64,000 nt of DNA from NCBI GenBank assembly GCA_964252035.1, contig OZ176202.1; one strand, given 5' to 3'. Shown here piece by piece: positions 25,150 to 39,660 of this stretch. Below the pieces are notes generated by a model. The model saw nothing but the letters and a program-made list of their open reading frames with translations, did no database searches and was not told the DNA's origin. This DNA comes from Podarcis erhardii (lineage: Eukaryota). Numbering within the stretch: position 1 is the stretch's first letter; every line of letters starts with the position of its first letter. The translations under genes were made by a program, and so were the position numbers.

Positions 25150-27439
25150 AAGGCAGGGCATCATAAACATGGGATATGTCTTGTTTGTCTTTGCAGAATG
25201 TCATATAGGTAGAGCAAAGGGGAGTAACAGATCCCCTGCGTTTCAGTCCACATGCAATCAGACTTTAGGATAGGGGTTTGGCCAGATATTCTTCATGTGA
25301 ATCCCCTGACAGAGCCCGGAACATCACGCTAGACATTGTAATAAAGTGGACAGGTTCCTGTGTGTGTGAGTCTGAGATCCAGGCAAGGAGCAGGAGACCA
25401 GGGCCCTGTTCAGCAAAATGCGCAGATGGACCCTCAAATGCAGGAAAGCTGACTTACCATATTTGGGAGAACTACCCATTACTGCCTGCTCCATTAGACC
25501 ATTAAGTCTAAAATTACCTAACAGCACCACTGTGTGTGATGATGTTAAATATAGTTATGTGCATCTATTCTGTGCAACATAGGGGGAAAAATCACTATAG
25601 TGGTCAGTCTATAAATATGTCAGAAGGAAGCCACTATGAATGAAGGAATTATGGAAGAAGGCTTTATTTGGTCTTAATGCCCACGAATAGATTCAAAACG
25701 AGGAAGAAGGGACCGTGTGATGCAGCTATTTCAGGCAAGGATGGCTGTCATTGTTACAGCACACTGCATGTCATAGGCACAAAAACTGTCAACACAGCCC
25801 TTAAGAAATTGTGAACTTAAAGGAAGAAGACAACCCACACAGTTCTTCTAAAGGAAGGCAGGGCCTGAAATGTTCAGAAGTTAAAAGAATAGCCTGTTCC
25901 CTCTTCCTTTGCCCTTTCCTCTTCTCTTTTCCTAATAAACAGCTACAATAATTACACAGAGGGCATTTTCAATCAAAGTTCAGCTCTTGTAAAATTGCAA
26001 TTGCACGTGTATCTGAAGCAAGCCCCACTGAGTTCAATGTGGGGTTTATTCCTGCATAAATGATGTTGTTATTTATTAGATTTATACAGTGCTTTTTTCC
26101 TTTAAAAAATGTTTTGGGGTACTCTCATTTTGACTCAAGAAAATCAGCATTTTATAGTTCAAATCGGAAAAAATAAATACAGTAAATGGACAAAAGTATA
26201 AAGAACCTGCATTACACCAGGAAAGGAAATGAAGCTGACCAATCACCATGCTAGATTCCAACTCCTACTTCACACATTAAACGCTCGCTTCCGTCTGAGA
26301 CTCAGGAAACACTGTGACAGAAAATGAGGCCACCATCGGGGGGGGGGGGTAGCAGCAGAACTGATGATTCACTGCTAATTTTTAAAATATTTTTAGTTTC
26401 TTCTCCCCATTAGAGTCACAAAACATTTAGGGGTATGCGTCCCCCTGCATCTTCCCAGAAAAAAAAAAGCACTGGATTTATACAGTGCCTTTCATCAAAA
26501 GATCGCAGGGCGGTTCACAACATGAAAACATGAGACAAATGCACAAATAAATAGTTAAAACAGAAAAAAGCAAAACAATAACCCCTCCATAAGCACAATT
26601 AAAATACGTCTTTCTTTAATAAAGGGGAAAAGGGAGTTTAAAAGGGGGCTGTGTATACACCATACATTTAAAACATCTAAAGCAAACCCAGATTGAGAGG
26701 AACTGTAGTTTACCTCTCACAGTTCTCAGTACCCACGATTCTTTTTTTTGAGGTAGGGGAGGAAATGTGCTTTAAATGTGTGGTGCCTCCACAGCCAATG
26801 ATTCATAGGAATCCTGCTCCTTCCATAAGCGTTATTGCTACAGAAGTGTTTTGTAAGGGTGACTGGAATGTGCTTTGCATCATGGGCATTAGGTGGAAGT
26901 ACCAATTATTCAGAAGCCTTGATAAGAGCAAACATAGTCTAGGGAAGTGGAACTGGAGAGTTGGGTTATCTCTGGGCAAAGAGCCATTTCCACTCTGCAA
27001 AGCTCCAACCCTTCCCAAAAGCTATCTTTGCAACAGCAGACTGTTTAGGGCAGAGCTTTCCAAACTTTTCATGTTGGTGACACACCTCTTAGACATGCAC
27101 CATTTTGCACCCCAGTAATTTCATTTCACTAGCAAACCGCAGCTTAAACTAATCCCTTTCCAGCTCCAGAAGGGATGCGGGGAGCGTTTGTGCGACACAC
27201 TAAGGTGTTGTGGCACACAATTTGGAAAGCTCTACTTTAGAGTGACAAGAAGAGGGCAATGGGCAGGCATTGTGGGGCTGCCCTCCAAGCCTATACAGGT
27301 TTTTTTTTGGTTTTGTTTTAAATGAAAATCACCGAAGGAAATGTGGAGAACTGAACTTAAAAGACTGAAAAAATGAGATATGGAGAGAAGCAAAACTGAC
27401 AAGATTCTTCCATCCATAATGTTGCTATTCCTGGGAATA

Positions 27440-27681
27440 CAGTGGTACCTCAGGTTACATACGCTTCAGGTTACATACGCTTCAGGTTACAGACTCCGCT
27501 AACCCAGAAATAGTACCTTGGGTTAAGAACTTTGCTTCAGGATAAGAACAGAAATCGGGCTCCAGCGGTGCAGCAACAGCAGGAGGCCCCATTAGCTAAA
27601 GTGGTGCTTCAGGTTCAGAACAGTTTCAGGTTAAGAACGGATCTCCGGAATGAATTAAGTACTTAACCCGAGGTACCACTG
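27440..27681 (-). mobile_element. Tigger-like MITE, family A
   Basis: CAGTGGTACCTC TIRs with a TA TSD. Confidence 0.9.
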
Positions 27682-28373
27682 TATGAGCTTTCTGTGCAAA
27701 CTGATATTTGTAGGGCTAGGCATTCTTCAAATCTTTGTTATTTTCAGTCATAGAGAAGAATAAAAGGATATCATTTGCGCAATTATAGATGATGAAATTG
27801 ATGTAAACTGTTGTATTCTTTGTGCACTTTGCAGGGTGTATTTCTCTCTCTCTCTCACTCACTCACTCACTCACTCACTCTCTCTCTTTCACACACACAC
27901 ACATTACACCTGGGAAATCCCCATCGAATGACTCAGCACAGTATTCCTATTGCCCGCCTTTTGCTTCAGCCAAAGTATTTCACTGTAGCACGTTTCACAC
28001 ACATTGCAGCATTTCAGAAGAAAGGAAACTTGGCCACTCATCCCTGGTGTTTCAGAATTTGCATCATAGATGATGCGTTTCTTAAGGTTTCACCTGCTCC
28101 TGTTCATTAATGTTTAAGCAGCAAGGAAGGTTGACTTGAAAGGTGAGGCTTGCAAGAAGCTGTCAGCGCTCACAAAAGAATCTCGCCCCAAGGGCAGTAA
28201 AGAGAGGGTTGAAAACACAGGGCACAAACACACCCTCTCTGCAACAACAAATTGCAAGGGGGGGGGGGGAAGCATGATTTAAAAAAAAATAAAAATAGGC
28301 TGTTTGCAGATGGGCGACTACTACTAATGGTGCTCTTTAGCTGTAAGTGGAATTGCTTTCCCACAGTGTAGAG

Positions 28374-28565
28374 CAGGGGTATTTTTTGGGGGAAGGAGGG
28401 AATGAACAAATTCCTATGCCCCACAAATAACCCAGACATGCATTTTAAATAAAAGGACACATTCTACTCATGTAAGAACACGCTGATTCCCAGACCCTCA
28501 GCAGGCTGGATTTAGAAGGCGATTGGGCTGGATCTGGCCCCGGGGCCTTCGTTTGCCTACCCATG
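28374..28565 (+). mobile_element. hAT MITE, internally deleted relative of 43472-43793
   Basis: cagggg...gcctacccatg with an 8-bp TSD gtgtagag/atgtagag. Confidence 0.8.
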
Positions 28566-29288
28566 ATGTAGAGGGTATATTCTTCTCGCTACATTCAATC
28601 CACACCAAGGGGTAGGACAGTTTTGTTTTATGTGACCCCCTGAATTTATACTGTTCTGCTCCATTTGGAAATGTGTTGGTTCCCTTGGTTCCATAAACTC
28701 ATCCTCAGTGCCCCCTAACCTATAAAAAACATGATTCACAATAGCTGTTTGCACAACCCGCTGAAGATAACAACATAATAAAATTCATAACAGGAAGAAT
28801 TAAGTGCAAAAATCCAGTCAAAACCATTTAGTTTCATTAATTCAACAAAGCTGGTGAACTGGATCCAGCAATACCAGCTTTTCAAAGTTGCATAGTCCTT
28901 TATACTTCCAGCACCCTCCTGGGTAACCCCACTGGCCCCCAGGGGGCAGTAGCACCCACTTTGGGAATCATTGGTATGTATGCTGTGTCATTGTAACCAG
29001 CCCTACAACCTGATGAGGAAAGTCGGGTAAGAAATTATAATAAATAAATAGCTGTAGGTGAGGAAGGTCCAGTTCATCCACGCAGCCATTTCAAGCTAAG
29101 CACACCTTCATGATAACCTTTGAGGTGGACACCACTTTATCAGACTTTTTGGTTGTTTGTTTATTCTAGCCTTTTAATTAATTAACTACAGCTTTTTCAG
29201 CTGTAGTATTTTAATAAGCAAACAAAAATATTAGTGGCATAACAGCACTATAGCACGCATCTACATGGCAACACTATCATGCTCATTA

Positions 29289-29420
29289 TAGCTCAGATGG
29301 TTAGCATGTGGTGCTGATAACGCCAAGGATGCGGGTTCAGTCCCTGTACGGGGCAGCTGCACATTCCTGCATTGCAGGGGGTTGGACTAGATGATCCTCC
29401 GGGTCCCTTCCAACTCTATC
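29289..29420 (+). mobile_element. tRNA-Ile-like SINE with CR1-derived tail; partial copy at ~45605-45742
   Basis: Head agctcag.tggttag...tgctgataacgccaagg resembles tRNA-Ile. Tail gggggttggactagatgatcc...ttccaactcta matches the CR1 3' end. Confidence 0.7.
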
Positions 29421-29708
29421 GAAGTTAAAAAGAGAGAGAAAATAACTTTTTGACCAGGTGGCTAGTGGCAGTGACGGAAAGGCTACCAGGTCCATTTCCA
29501 AGCAGAATTCAAGGAGAAAGAGAATACCTTTTTAAAAAATATGTATTGCATTTGTATCCCACCATTCCTCCAAAGAGTGATGTACACAGTTCTCCCCCTG
29601 ATTTCATCCTGGCAGCAACCCCTTCAGATCACCTTGGGCAAGTGTCCTCAGCAATTTATTTCCTGTATGGCTACACTTTGCTTTAAGCTTACATAACAAA
29701 GCAGATGT

Positions 29709-30062
29709 GGGACACGGGTGGCGTTGTGGTCTAAACCATAGAGCCTAGGGCTTGCTGATCAGAAGGTCGACGGTTCGAATCCCCATGACAGGGTGAGCTC
29801 CCGTTGCTCGGTCCCAGCTCCTGCCAACCTAGCAGTTCGAAAGCACGTCAAAGTGAAAGTAGATGAATAGGTAAATGCACACTATTGCCTTCCTGGCAGG
29901 AAGGTAAATGGTGTTTCTGTGCGCTGCTCTGGCTCGCCAGAAGCGGCTTAGTCATGCTGGCCACATGACCCAGAAGCTCCCTCGGCCAATAAAGCAAGAT
30001 GAGTGCTGCAACCCCAGTCTCGTTCACGACTGGACTTAACAGTCAGGGGTCCCTTTACCTTT
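29709..30062 (+). mobile_element. Sauria (Squam1) SINE, full length
   Basis: Consensus-like body with a TSD of about aacaaagcagat on both flanks. Confidence 0.9.
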
Positions 30063-31562
30063 AACAAAGCAGATACTTCACTGAACTGTGCAGGCTGTTT
30101 ACTTAACAAAAGAGCTGGGTCCGACTATGTAAGCAGTCCCCTTTTTCTGCAGATTCCTATTTTGCAGAGGTAAAAATGACAGGATTAGAAGGGACCCCAG
30201 AAACCTAAGTCGTCTAACCCCAATTTCATTACATATACACTGCCATCGAAAGAGGGAGGACCGCACAAAACCATCACATACGGAGCAATTTGCAGCATTT
30301 GTGCGGGTGTAGTTTGAAAAGAAGTTTGCAATTCTGCAAGGAACATAAAGAAAATGTACTGATATTAGCACAACAAGGAACACAACTGAAATGAAAAGTG
30401 GCAATAGTGTGCATTTAAATATGAGGATTTGCATTGCCCAGAAACCAAATATGATTTTGAATTCCTCTTCCTCTTTCTCCATCATATCTCCTCTTGACAT
30501 GTTCCAATACAAGGCTGGCTGGCATGATTCAGCACAATGTGATGGATCATTTGACTCTGTGGGGAACAACATGCGGTAATGAAGGAATGTTTTATTTCTT
30601 CATTTTCTTTTTATCTAGAAAGCCTCTTACATAACTTCAAACTGGGTGAAACGTGCCCAGGCATCGCAGAGGCCCTTTTCCTTTGTTTATGGGGCTGCCT
30701 CAATCTGGCCAAAATGGAGCCTTGTCTCACTGTGGTCTAAGACAGTCGGAAGCCTGGTATAGTGACATCTGTCATCAGGTTGCTTTAAGGCAGGGATGGG
30801 GAACCTGTGACCCAAATGTTGTTGGACTCTCAGCTCCCATCAGCCCCAGCGGACATAGCCAGCAGTCAGGGATTATGGGAGTTGTAGTCCAACATCTGGA
30901 GGACCAGCAGGAAGAGGGACTACACCTTTGTCAAACAATTCCCATTCAAGTGACCTGCTTTTCAGTCCTGGTTGGTGCAATCCTATCCCCAACAAGGGGC
31001 CGCATCTTTTGGAAGGTAAGCGAAGGCCTGTAGATCAGTGGGAGAACACATGCATTCATGCAGAAGGCCTCAGGCTCAGTCCCCAGCAGGTACAGGTACA
31101 GTCAGAAATGCCCGCTATCTGAAAACCTGAAATCAGTTGCTGGCAGTCAAAACACAGGTGTTCCCGTTCTTACAAACATTCAAATTGCATGCAACCCTGT
31201 ATATGTGCAGCGCCAGCAAATAATTAAATAAAACAATTTTTTTAAAGGTGAGGAAAGGGCCAAAATGACCCAAAAAAGAGCAGGAAAATTGGGAAAACTG
31301 TGCAAAGAGAGCAGAAAAACGGCTAACAATCCCAGGAGCTTTTGGACCGACCTTCGAGACCTGTGGAGTGTTGGAGTTTGAGAAAGGAGGTTTTCAGGGA
31401 GTGACTGTGGTGGAGTTGGGCAGATTTTTGTGGATTTGGTTTCCAGAAGTTTAGAGGGGGTTCACAAGCTTTTTAGATGGTGTTCCCAACTATACGTGAG
31501 TTCATGTATATGCGCAGTACCCGGGAACATATCCCTGCATAGGAGATGACTGCAGTATAGAC

Positions 31563-31729
31563 CTGGTCCTTACCGCCCACTAGTGGGCGTTTCAGGATTC
31601 TAGGTGGGCGGTAGGCAGTTCTACGGCACAAGCTGAATCCTCCTTCCATTGAGCACTGGCTGGTGGTAAGGAAATTTTACCATCAAGATGCATTAGTGGG
31701 CGGTAGGTATAAAAAGGTTGACTACCCCT
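31563..31729 (-). mobile_element. hAT MITE (caggggtagtcaac TIR, one end clipped)
   Basis: Repeated accgcccac subterminal motifs. 8-bp TSD gtatagac/gtgtagac. Confidence 0.7.
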
Positions 31730-32280
31730 GGTGTAGACAAGAGAGCGGAATGAGAACCATAGCCTGATTGAGCCTGAGGCATCTTCCAGTGCTCCTAACC
31801 CATTTAACTCAAGTTCACCTGTCCTTCCTCGATACATTTATCCGTCACACAAATACCACCTCCTTCCTTAGAAGAGTTCAAAGCAGCTCCTGCTGCCTTC
31901 TCAGTCAGTCTCCCCATGAGGCAACTTATGGGCCCAGACCTGCTTAGCACCAGCTGCAAAACCGAGTAAAGCATGTACAGACTGTCTTCTGGCCCAATGC
32001 AATTATTAGAAATGGCATAGGGAGGTACAGTGGAATATCAGCTCTCCCATCTACTGGGCTTCTGAAATCTCAGGAAATGATGTGTTACAGCAAACCAAAC
32101 CACATCTCATTTGCATTGAGGCTTTGCATACTCCTGAGAAATATCTATTTCAATTAATGGGTTTTCATATTTTATACTTGTCACGGGCATGTGTTGAAAC
32201 TTGCACCCCTCCATACCACCAAGTGCCACAATGCCCACTTTTGCCAACCCTGGGTAGCTGTCTGCTTATTGTTTGAACCA

Positions 32281-32298
32281 CACTGCCCCCTGGTGGCA
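32281..32298 (-). promoter_or_regulatory. Strong CTCF consensus site
   Basis: Minus strand reads TGCCACCAGGGGGCAGTG, a full match to CCASYAGRKGGCRS, in apparently unique sequence. Confidence 0.55.
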
Positions 32299-35200
32299 AA
32301 AACATGCATGCACATAGCTCCCAGCAAAAGACGAGGAAGATTGTTCAGATAACCTCCTTCAAGCAGAACACCTTACCTTCTTCGCTACCCTGCTTAAAAC
32401 ATCTGCACCAACATATCTTCCTGTAACACTGATGAAACACCTGCATTTTGTGACATGGTCCTTCTGATGCAGATTGGTACCCAACATACAACAGGCTTCC
32501 CAGGCCATAAATATGTATTTTTATGTGGCAGGTAAAACATTTTTCTCTATAACCAGGCCTTTGACCTTGTAACTATCTGTGGCCTTTTAGACATGGTTCA
32601 GATGTTTTTAACGTAGTTCTCTTTCCTCTGGGTTTTAATGTATCTATGTAAGGTTTACTGTCTGCTTGTTAAGTCCCTTTGGGTTGCCCTGGGCAAGATA
32701 ATAATAAAAGAACAGTTTTGCTCCTTAAGGCAACAGTGTTTTTACCTATGAATGAAACTCATAGAGAAGGAGCATAAAAACCTGAACATCTGTTACTGAA
32801 TACAAATTCCACTACAGATTTTTTGACTAGAGCGCACACACCTGAATCAACATCTTGCAATGCACTGACAGGCCTTTGGAGCGGGAGGGGGGACAATGAC
32901 ATTGCACTGTTAAATGCCTTCCCTTTTTGTTCTTGTCCAGGACACTAGTTTTCAGCTCTAGAGCATGCGGAAGGCCTTTTCTTTGCATGAGAAGCCACAG
33001 CCTGAAATAAAACAAGAGGATTTCCAGGTTGGTTGGAATGGGTTGTAGACAAATGAGAACGCTTTGCATCTGTGGCCGCCAAAATGAATCTTCGTACTTG
33101 TCCCATGGAATGCCCCATGAATAGGTTATTCTCGGCTAAACACACACCTGGCACAGCCTTTGTGTTTTACTTCTGCACTACAATACCCATTCGTTTTGTA
33201 CCTTTGTAAGGACACGGATTATGACAAAGATGTCCCAAAGCTTTCTGTGTGGACATGAATTCAGGTGTGCGCACCCAGAGGCTCTTATTTATTTTCACTG
33301 CCCTTTCTAGTAATGAATTGCCTTTATTGATTGCTTGTCTAAATTCAGTTTTTCATTATTATTGTAAACTAATATTTAATGGGTGGTTTGTTTTTGCTCA
33401 TAAGCTGCTTTGAGTAGTTACTGGTAAAAGAACAGAAATTTAAATTTAGAGAAATATGGGAATGGGTTATAAGGAACTATTTCTCAGATTTGCCAAGGCA
33501 TAGCTGCTCATAACACTTCCACAGCTATTATTCTTAGAAATGGGAGTGAAGTGCACTGTTTTCTGTACTATCTCCCGTTTCTGCAAACCGCAAACTGAAA
33601 GGGCTTCTGCAGAGTTTCGCTTCCACAATATGACGACAGAACCCTGGAAGAAAATTTCTCCTGCTGACGGATGCTGACCACAATTGAGGTTACGTTCTCT
33701 CCCGCTACTAATTAATGTGACTGGCACAGGTCCAATTGCAACCACATGGAGATTTCTGGACGCCAGATTGGCCACTGGAAAAAACAAAATGTCACTTAGA
33801 GAAGGATCTGATTCTTTTCCCTTGAAGCTTGACTTAGTTTTATTCTGGCTTGTTTTATCCGATATTTTAATATGTTGTAAACCACTTTGAGATTTTTCCT
33901 TTAAAATATAAAGCAGTATAGAAATGAAATGAATAATAAGTTTCATTGCAAAAAGGGAAAAAAGTGCCTAGACATTCCGTTGTGACCACCACAACCTAGA
34001 ATTCAGTTTCCATTTGGCAATTCGCTTATATATTTGAGTTTCTACCAAGCAGCCTGGCCTGGTATAAAACAGCTTCCTATGGCCAAAGTGGTACCTGAGG
34101 GCAGGGACTTCCTGAATCAAAACCCAGTTTTAATGCAGGAAGTTGCCTTATAGTGAGTCAGACCATTGGCTTCAACTAGCTCAGTAATGTCGGCAGTGAT
34201 TGGAAGAGAGTCTCCAGGGTTTCAGGCAGGGATCTCTTCCAGCCCTAACAAAAAGAAATTAGGGACTGAACTTAGAACCTTCTGCATGCAAGACAACTAG
34301 TTCTTGATTATTTTCATTTATTTATTAGTGTGTATGACACACAACCTCCCGTGAGAGGGATGTGTAATCGTCTGCTCTTTAAAATCAAACAGTGGGGAGC
34401 TTAATGCAACAGAACAAATTATCTTTGAAGAATCCAGAGCGGCTGCTCAGTGTCATCTTGCTAATTCAGCCTCTCAGGTAAATCAACATAACACGACACA
34501 ATCTCCTTAGGCTACTGCAGCTCTGTGGTTAGCATCAATTTGTCTAGCATAAGCATGCATGTTCTCCAGGAGCTATGCAAATGAAAGCCCCAGAGATTTC
34601 CTAATAGGACTCTGACAGATGGATAAGGGCGTGGTCTTTCCCTGGTAGAAACTGGAGATGATGTAAATTAGGTTAACTAGGAAGGGAGGGGAGCAAAAAA
34701 AACACAGCACAGCCTTCTCTCCAGAGGACTGAAGTAAATAAAATATGACCAAGCCGCAGTGAGACAGTTAAAAAAAAAAGACAGGGGACCCAATTTACAT
34801 CTAAGATGACAAAACACAGATGCAGTTAATCTCAGGATAAAGAAACTGGAAATATTGAAATTATGAAACAACCATAAAAAGTACGCAGTGCAAGGTTCAT
34901 ATCTGCAGGCATGTTCTGTGTCCTGCCCACAACCCAAGAAAATCTGGAGCCCACCCAAAAAGCTTGGGCTATTATGCAGTTTAGGAAGGCAGTAAATAAA
35001 TAAAATGAATATAAAATGAGAGAGGGAGGCCATGAGCAGCCTTGGTTTACTGCAAAGTTTGTAGAAAGAAAAGAACCACAAACACAGCCCACTGAGATGG
35101 AGCATGCTCAGTGGGTGCAGAATGCCAGTTTACGGTACTGTTGCCGGGGGGGGGGGTGAGAAAGAACAGAACAGTGGGTGGATGGAATGGAATGGAATAT

Positions 35201-35604
35201 CCTTCAAGCTGGCATGGCTGGCTGGCACCCTGAACCAGGAACGCTCCATGCTGCAGCCTTTTGTTGCAAGCACCGCCCTTCTCACAAAGACTCGTATTTA
35301 GTTAGCCAAGTGACAGAAAGGCATGGAAAATTTCACTGGGGAGGAGAGAATTGGACTAAAATAAATTCCACATTTACCATGATGTTACTGGCTCATCAGC
35401 TGCAGAGCCAAGATAGAATAGTAAGCATCTGGTACCTAGTTTTACCCTTAAAGATGTCAAAAAATACATCCTGTCACAGGCATGCTATGCCATTCATTTT
35501 TCCGAGGGTTCATCCTGCTATCAGCCATACATCCTGCTTTTGTCTATTTTCTGTTGTAACGCAGGAGAGTACCCGCGGCTTCTTAGAACCGCAACACCCC
35601 TGGG

Positions 35605-35781
<177 letters not shown>

Positions 35782-35806
35782 CTAAATGAAATATGAAAAT
35801 GAGTTA

Positions 35807-36196
<390 letters not shown>

Positions 36197-37638
36197 CTAA
36201 AATTCATTACCTTTTTTTAAAAAAAGAACCTCTCATGGTACTTCTAATATTTAATTATGTCCGTGGTATTTCAGAAAAAAGCCTATTTCCTTTTAGAACA
36301 AGGAACAAGTTAGAAAACCGTGAGGGTAGAAAAATCCCACAAACATCTGATGGCTCAGGAGCTGAGCGCATCAAATATCTGCTCTCTGGACAACACTTGG
36401 AGGTTTGCCTGTTTTATCCTCCTTGTACAGTCCCAGAACTTTAAAAGAATTAGATTCCAACGCAAAAGAACTTTAGCTTCCATTGTACAAGATGAGAAAG
36501 ATGTCCACTTAATGCACTTATCAGCCTCCCTGGCCATGAAAGTGACAAGCAAATTATATTACTAAGACAGCACTAACGGAAGACCTGCACATGATCTGAG
36601 GGCATCCAGTATTTTAAATGAGGCTCAGTGCACAGAAGATGACAGCAGATGGCAACCAACTAATCACCTAGGAGGCAGCCAAGTGGATTTAAATGGTGAT
36701 GTGCTGAAAGGGGGCGATGCGCGTTTTTGGCTGAGGTAACCAGGCCCAGCATCGGCATCCAGCATGGTTGGGCAAATGTCAGGGCCTACAAACTCCAGCA
36801 GGTGCCAACAAGGCTGCTCCAGCATCCTTTGTATGTGTGTGCTGGCTTACTTTTTATTTATTTTTAAGGCCCAGCACTTTAAGAAGCACCTTTATTTCCC
36901 CCGATGCCTCCTTTGTTTCCCTCAAACACAGCAACCTTAAGTCAGACCTGAGAGGCATTGTGGGTAAATGAAGTCAGCGGCAACTGCAGCCACCCGGCTT
37001 GGCCCGTCTCTGACTAGCACCAAGCTGTAAAACAATTTTTTTAATAAATAAAGTCCATTGCTACACTAATGTGTGAGAAGAAATAGCCGGCACCATGAAA
37101 GAACTGAGGTGTAAGGGGCAGAGCTGTGCAGATGGCTGCTGAGAAGATACAGTCATTTCATTTTTATGCTCCTTTTCCACCAAAAAACCCACGCTCAAAG
37201 CAGTTTACAGGAACTGGAGGCCTTGAGGGGGGAAAAACATGCCTTCCTTCCAGAGGTAAGTTTAGCCACAGACAGCAAAGCTGGGAACATTACTAGGTCT
37301 GGTCAGGTAAGAAGGAATTCACAGTTGTGAAGAATCCTTTGAGCACATTTTGATGGAGAGAAAATAACTTTGGAGGTGGGAGAGGGAAGGTACTGGAAGA
37401 TATTTCAATTGTGATTATATATTACTAATCTTTTGTTCTCCTCTTCCTTTCAAGAATATCCCAGCACAACGCTAGCTGGGGCTGATGGGAGCTGTGGTCT
37501 TGAACATCTGGTGGACACCAGGATAGGAAATATAGAGCTTTCTTAAGAATGCCCTACAGTAGCTGAGGCTGCAATGCTGAGATTTCTGCCTCTGAACCTG
37601 AGCCAGAGATGGGAAGGGAGGGAGGAACCCTCTTGTTA

Positions 37639-37740
<102 letters not shown>

Positions 37741-37749
37741 TCATTTTTA

Positions 37750-37751
<2 letters not shown>

Positions 37752-37793
<42 letters not shown>
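37752..37793. repeat. (TA)n microsatellite
   Basis: About 21 uninterrupted TA units. Confidence 0.95.
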
Positions 37794-37795
<2 letters not shown>

Positions 37796-38319
37796 TCCAA
37801 TATAATTTTGTAAGCTTCTTTTCCCCAGACAATCAAAAAATGGTGTGAATCAAGTTAAGAGAGCCTTGTCTGACAAAACCAGTTAAAATCACTAAAGGAG
37901 TATGGGAGTTTTAGGATAAAGCATCTACAGAGCACAAGTTTGGGGGAAGGCTGGCAGCTTTGCTTCCAGTTACTAAACTTGGAAGGAGTCAGGCTTGTCT
38001 CCTTTAGGGTGGGCAGAAATCTGCAGGTGGGCTGTATGGGGATGGCTATGAACTTGCAGCTCACACACTGTGAGAGAGAGAGAAGAAAGGAAGAAATATG
38101 AATTCCTTACAGCATGCTTACTTGGGAGAAGGAGGAAACAAATCCTGCTGCGACTTTGACCCAAGCACTGTAAGTGTCATAGCTGTCAACGTTTCCCTTT
38201 TTTTAAAAGGGAAATTCCCTTATTCCGAATAGGATTCCTCGCAAGAAAAGGGAAAAGTTGACAGCTATGGGAAGTGTGCACCTAAGCAGCCTGCTTCTGT
38301 GGGGGCTTGTTTACTCAGA

Positions 38320-39020
38320 AACCCCACCGCGTTCATTCAACGAGTTCGCACTCGACGCCCTTCCATTCAAAGCAACGGGAACCAAACGCGAGGCAAAACG
38401 ACACCAGTCGCTGTTTTGAGTTCTAATCCGGATCCTACCAAGAGGTGCAAAACTCTTCCGTCTATACTCTTGCGCGCACATTTGAGCCGGCCGCTAGCAG
38501 CGCCTGCAAACCAAATATCCCAAGGCAAACCCGATCTCGGCTGGCTTCCCGCGCCGGATCGCTCAAAGCCAGCCAAATCCGCCCTTGCGCCCTAAACTCC
38601 TCGGCCAGCAGCCGCTCCTGGCAGCCTCAGCTGGGCCCTGGCCCGCCGCCTTCGCCCGCCGTACCTGCTGCCCGCCGTATCTCGCCAGCTCGGACTCGGT
38701 GAAGAGGCGCACGGGTCTCTGGCGGGGCGCGGGCTTGAAGCGCAGCTCCTGCTCGGTCCGCCCCTCGCGGAAGCCCAGGAGGGCCCAGGCGAGCAGGACC
38801 AGCGCCGCCGCCAAGCCGCCGGCCATGGCGCTCCTCCTGCGCCGGATGGCGGCCAAGACTTCCAGGGGCGGGGAAAGGAGCCGCAGGGATCGGGTTTCTC
38901 GAAAGCAAACTTCTCCCGCTTGCTTTTCTCCACGCCTTCCTCTCCACGCTGCGACCAGCCTGCCTGCGCGCCATACATCCAAAGCACGCACGCTCCCCCC
39001 CCCCCGCGAAGACTCCTGGG
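38320..39020. promoter_or_regulatory. CpG island / NENF promoter and exon 1
   Basis: High GC and dense CpG in an otherwise CpG-poor window. Confidence 0.8.
38665..38826 (-). CDS. NENF: Neudesin exon 1 (signal peptide MAGGLAAALVLLAWALLG...PVRLFTESELARYGGQQ)
   Basis: gccATGg start, hydrophobic leader, RLFTExELARYGG motif, gtac donor, 162 nt. Total CDS is 504 nt (167 aa). Confidence 0.94.
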
Positions 39021-39544
39021 AACTGTAGTTTATATTCCGTACAAAGCTACAGTTCCCAGCACCCTGAAACAGAAATACGCTTTAGATGCATGGCCTTCAC
39101 GAGCCTTTAACATCGCCTCTGTGTTTAAAATGAAACCTTGCACCACAGAAGACATGCGTGTAACTTTGCTTTTCAATGCTGCAAAACATGTTACCACCAT
39201 GGAAAGGCAGGTTACCTCCTGTGTGAGCACACAATATTTATAAGAACATGTGCTTAAATGCATTCATTTTAAAAAATGATCTGCCCAATTAATCAAGGGA
39301 AACTATTTAAACATTTGCATGTTTTGAACTGTAGTTGTTTATCCACCCCATCAACAGACACTGCGTTCCTATGCAGGCAAAGGCCCCATAATCCTGGGAA
39401 CCCACAACTTAACAGTATGTATGCTGAGAGTTGTTCGGAAACCCCCTATACCCCCCAGAGAGCTACAATTCCCAGAGCTCCCTGAGAAGAGAGATTGATG
39501 GTTAAACTACAGAGAACTGTAGTTTTGCAAGAACAAAGGAGTCT

Positions 39545-39660
39545 CTTAGCTCAGTCAGTAGAGCACGGCTCTTAATTTTAGTGTCCTGGGTTCAAGTCCC
39601 AGGCTGAGCAATAAGATTCATGCATTGCAGGGAGTTGAACTAGTTGACCCCCATGGTCAA
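39545..39660 (+). mobile_element. tRNA-Lys-like SINE with CR1-derived tail; related copy at ~60005-60135 (-)
   Basis: tagctcagtcagtagagca...ctcttaat...gggttcaagtccc followed by gcattgcagggagttgaactag. Confidence 0.65.

Noticed and set aside
29289-29360. tRNA-like sequences here and at 39545, 41740, 46003 and 60060 as true tRNA genes
   Set aside because: Acceptor stems are broken and each runs into a LINE-derived tail without a Pol III terminator, so these are SINE heads.
38563-39028. Several overlapping 115-147 aa ORFs on both strands
   Set aside because: These are stop-poor GC-rich CpG-island artefacts. Only 38665-38826 (-) is supported, as NENF exon 1.
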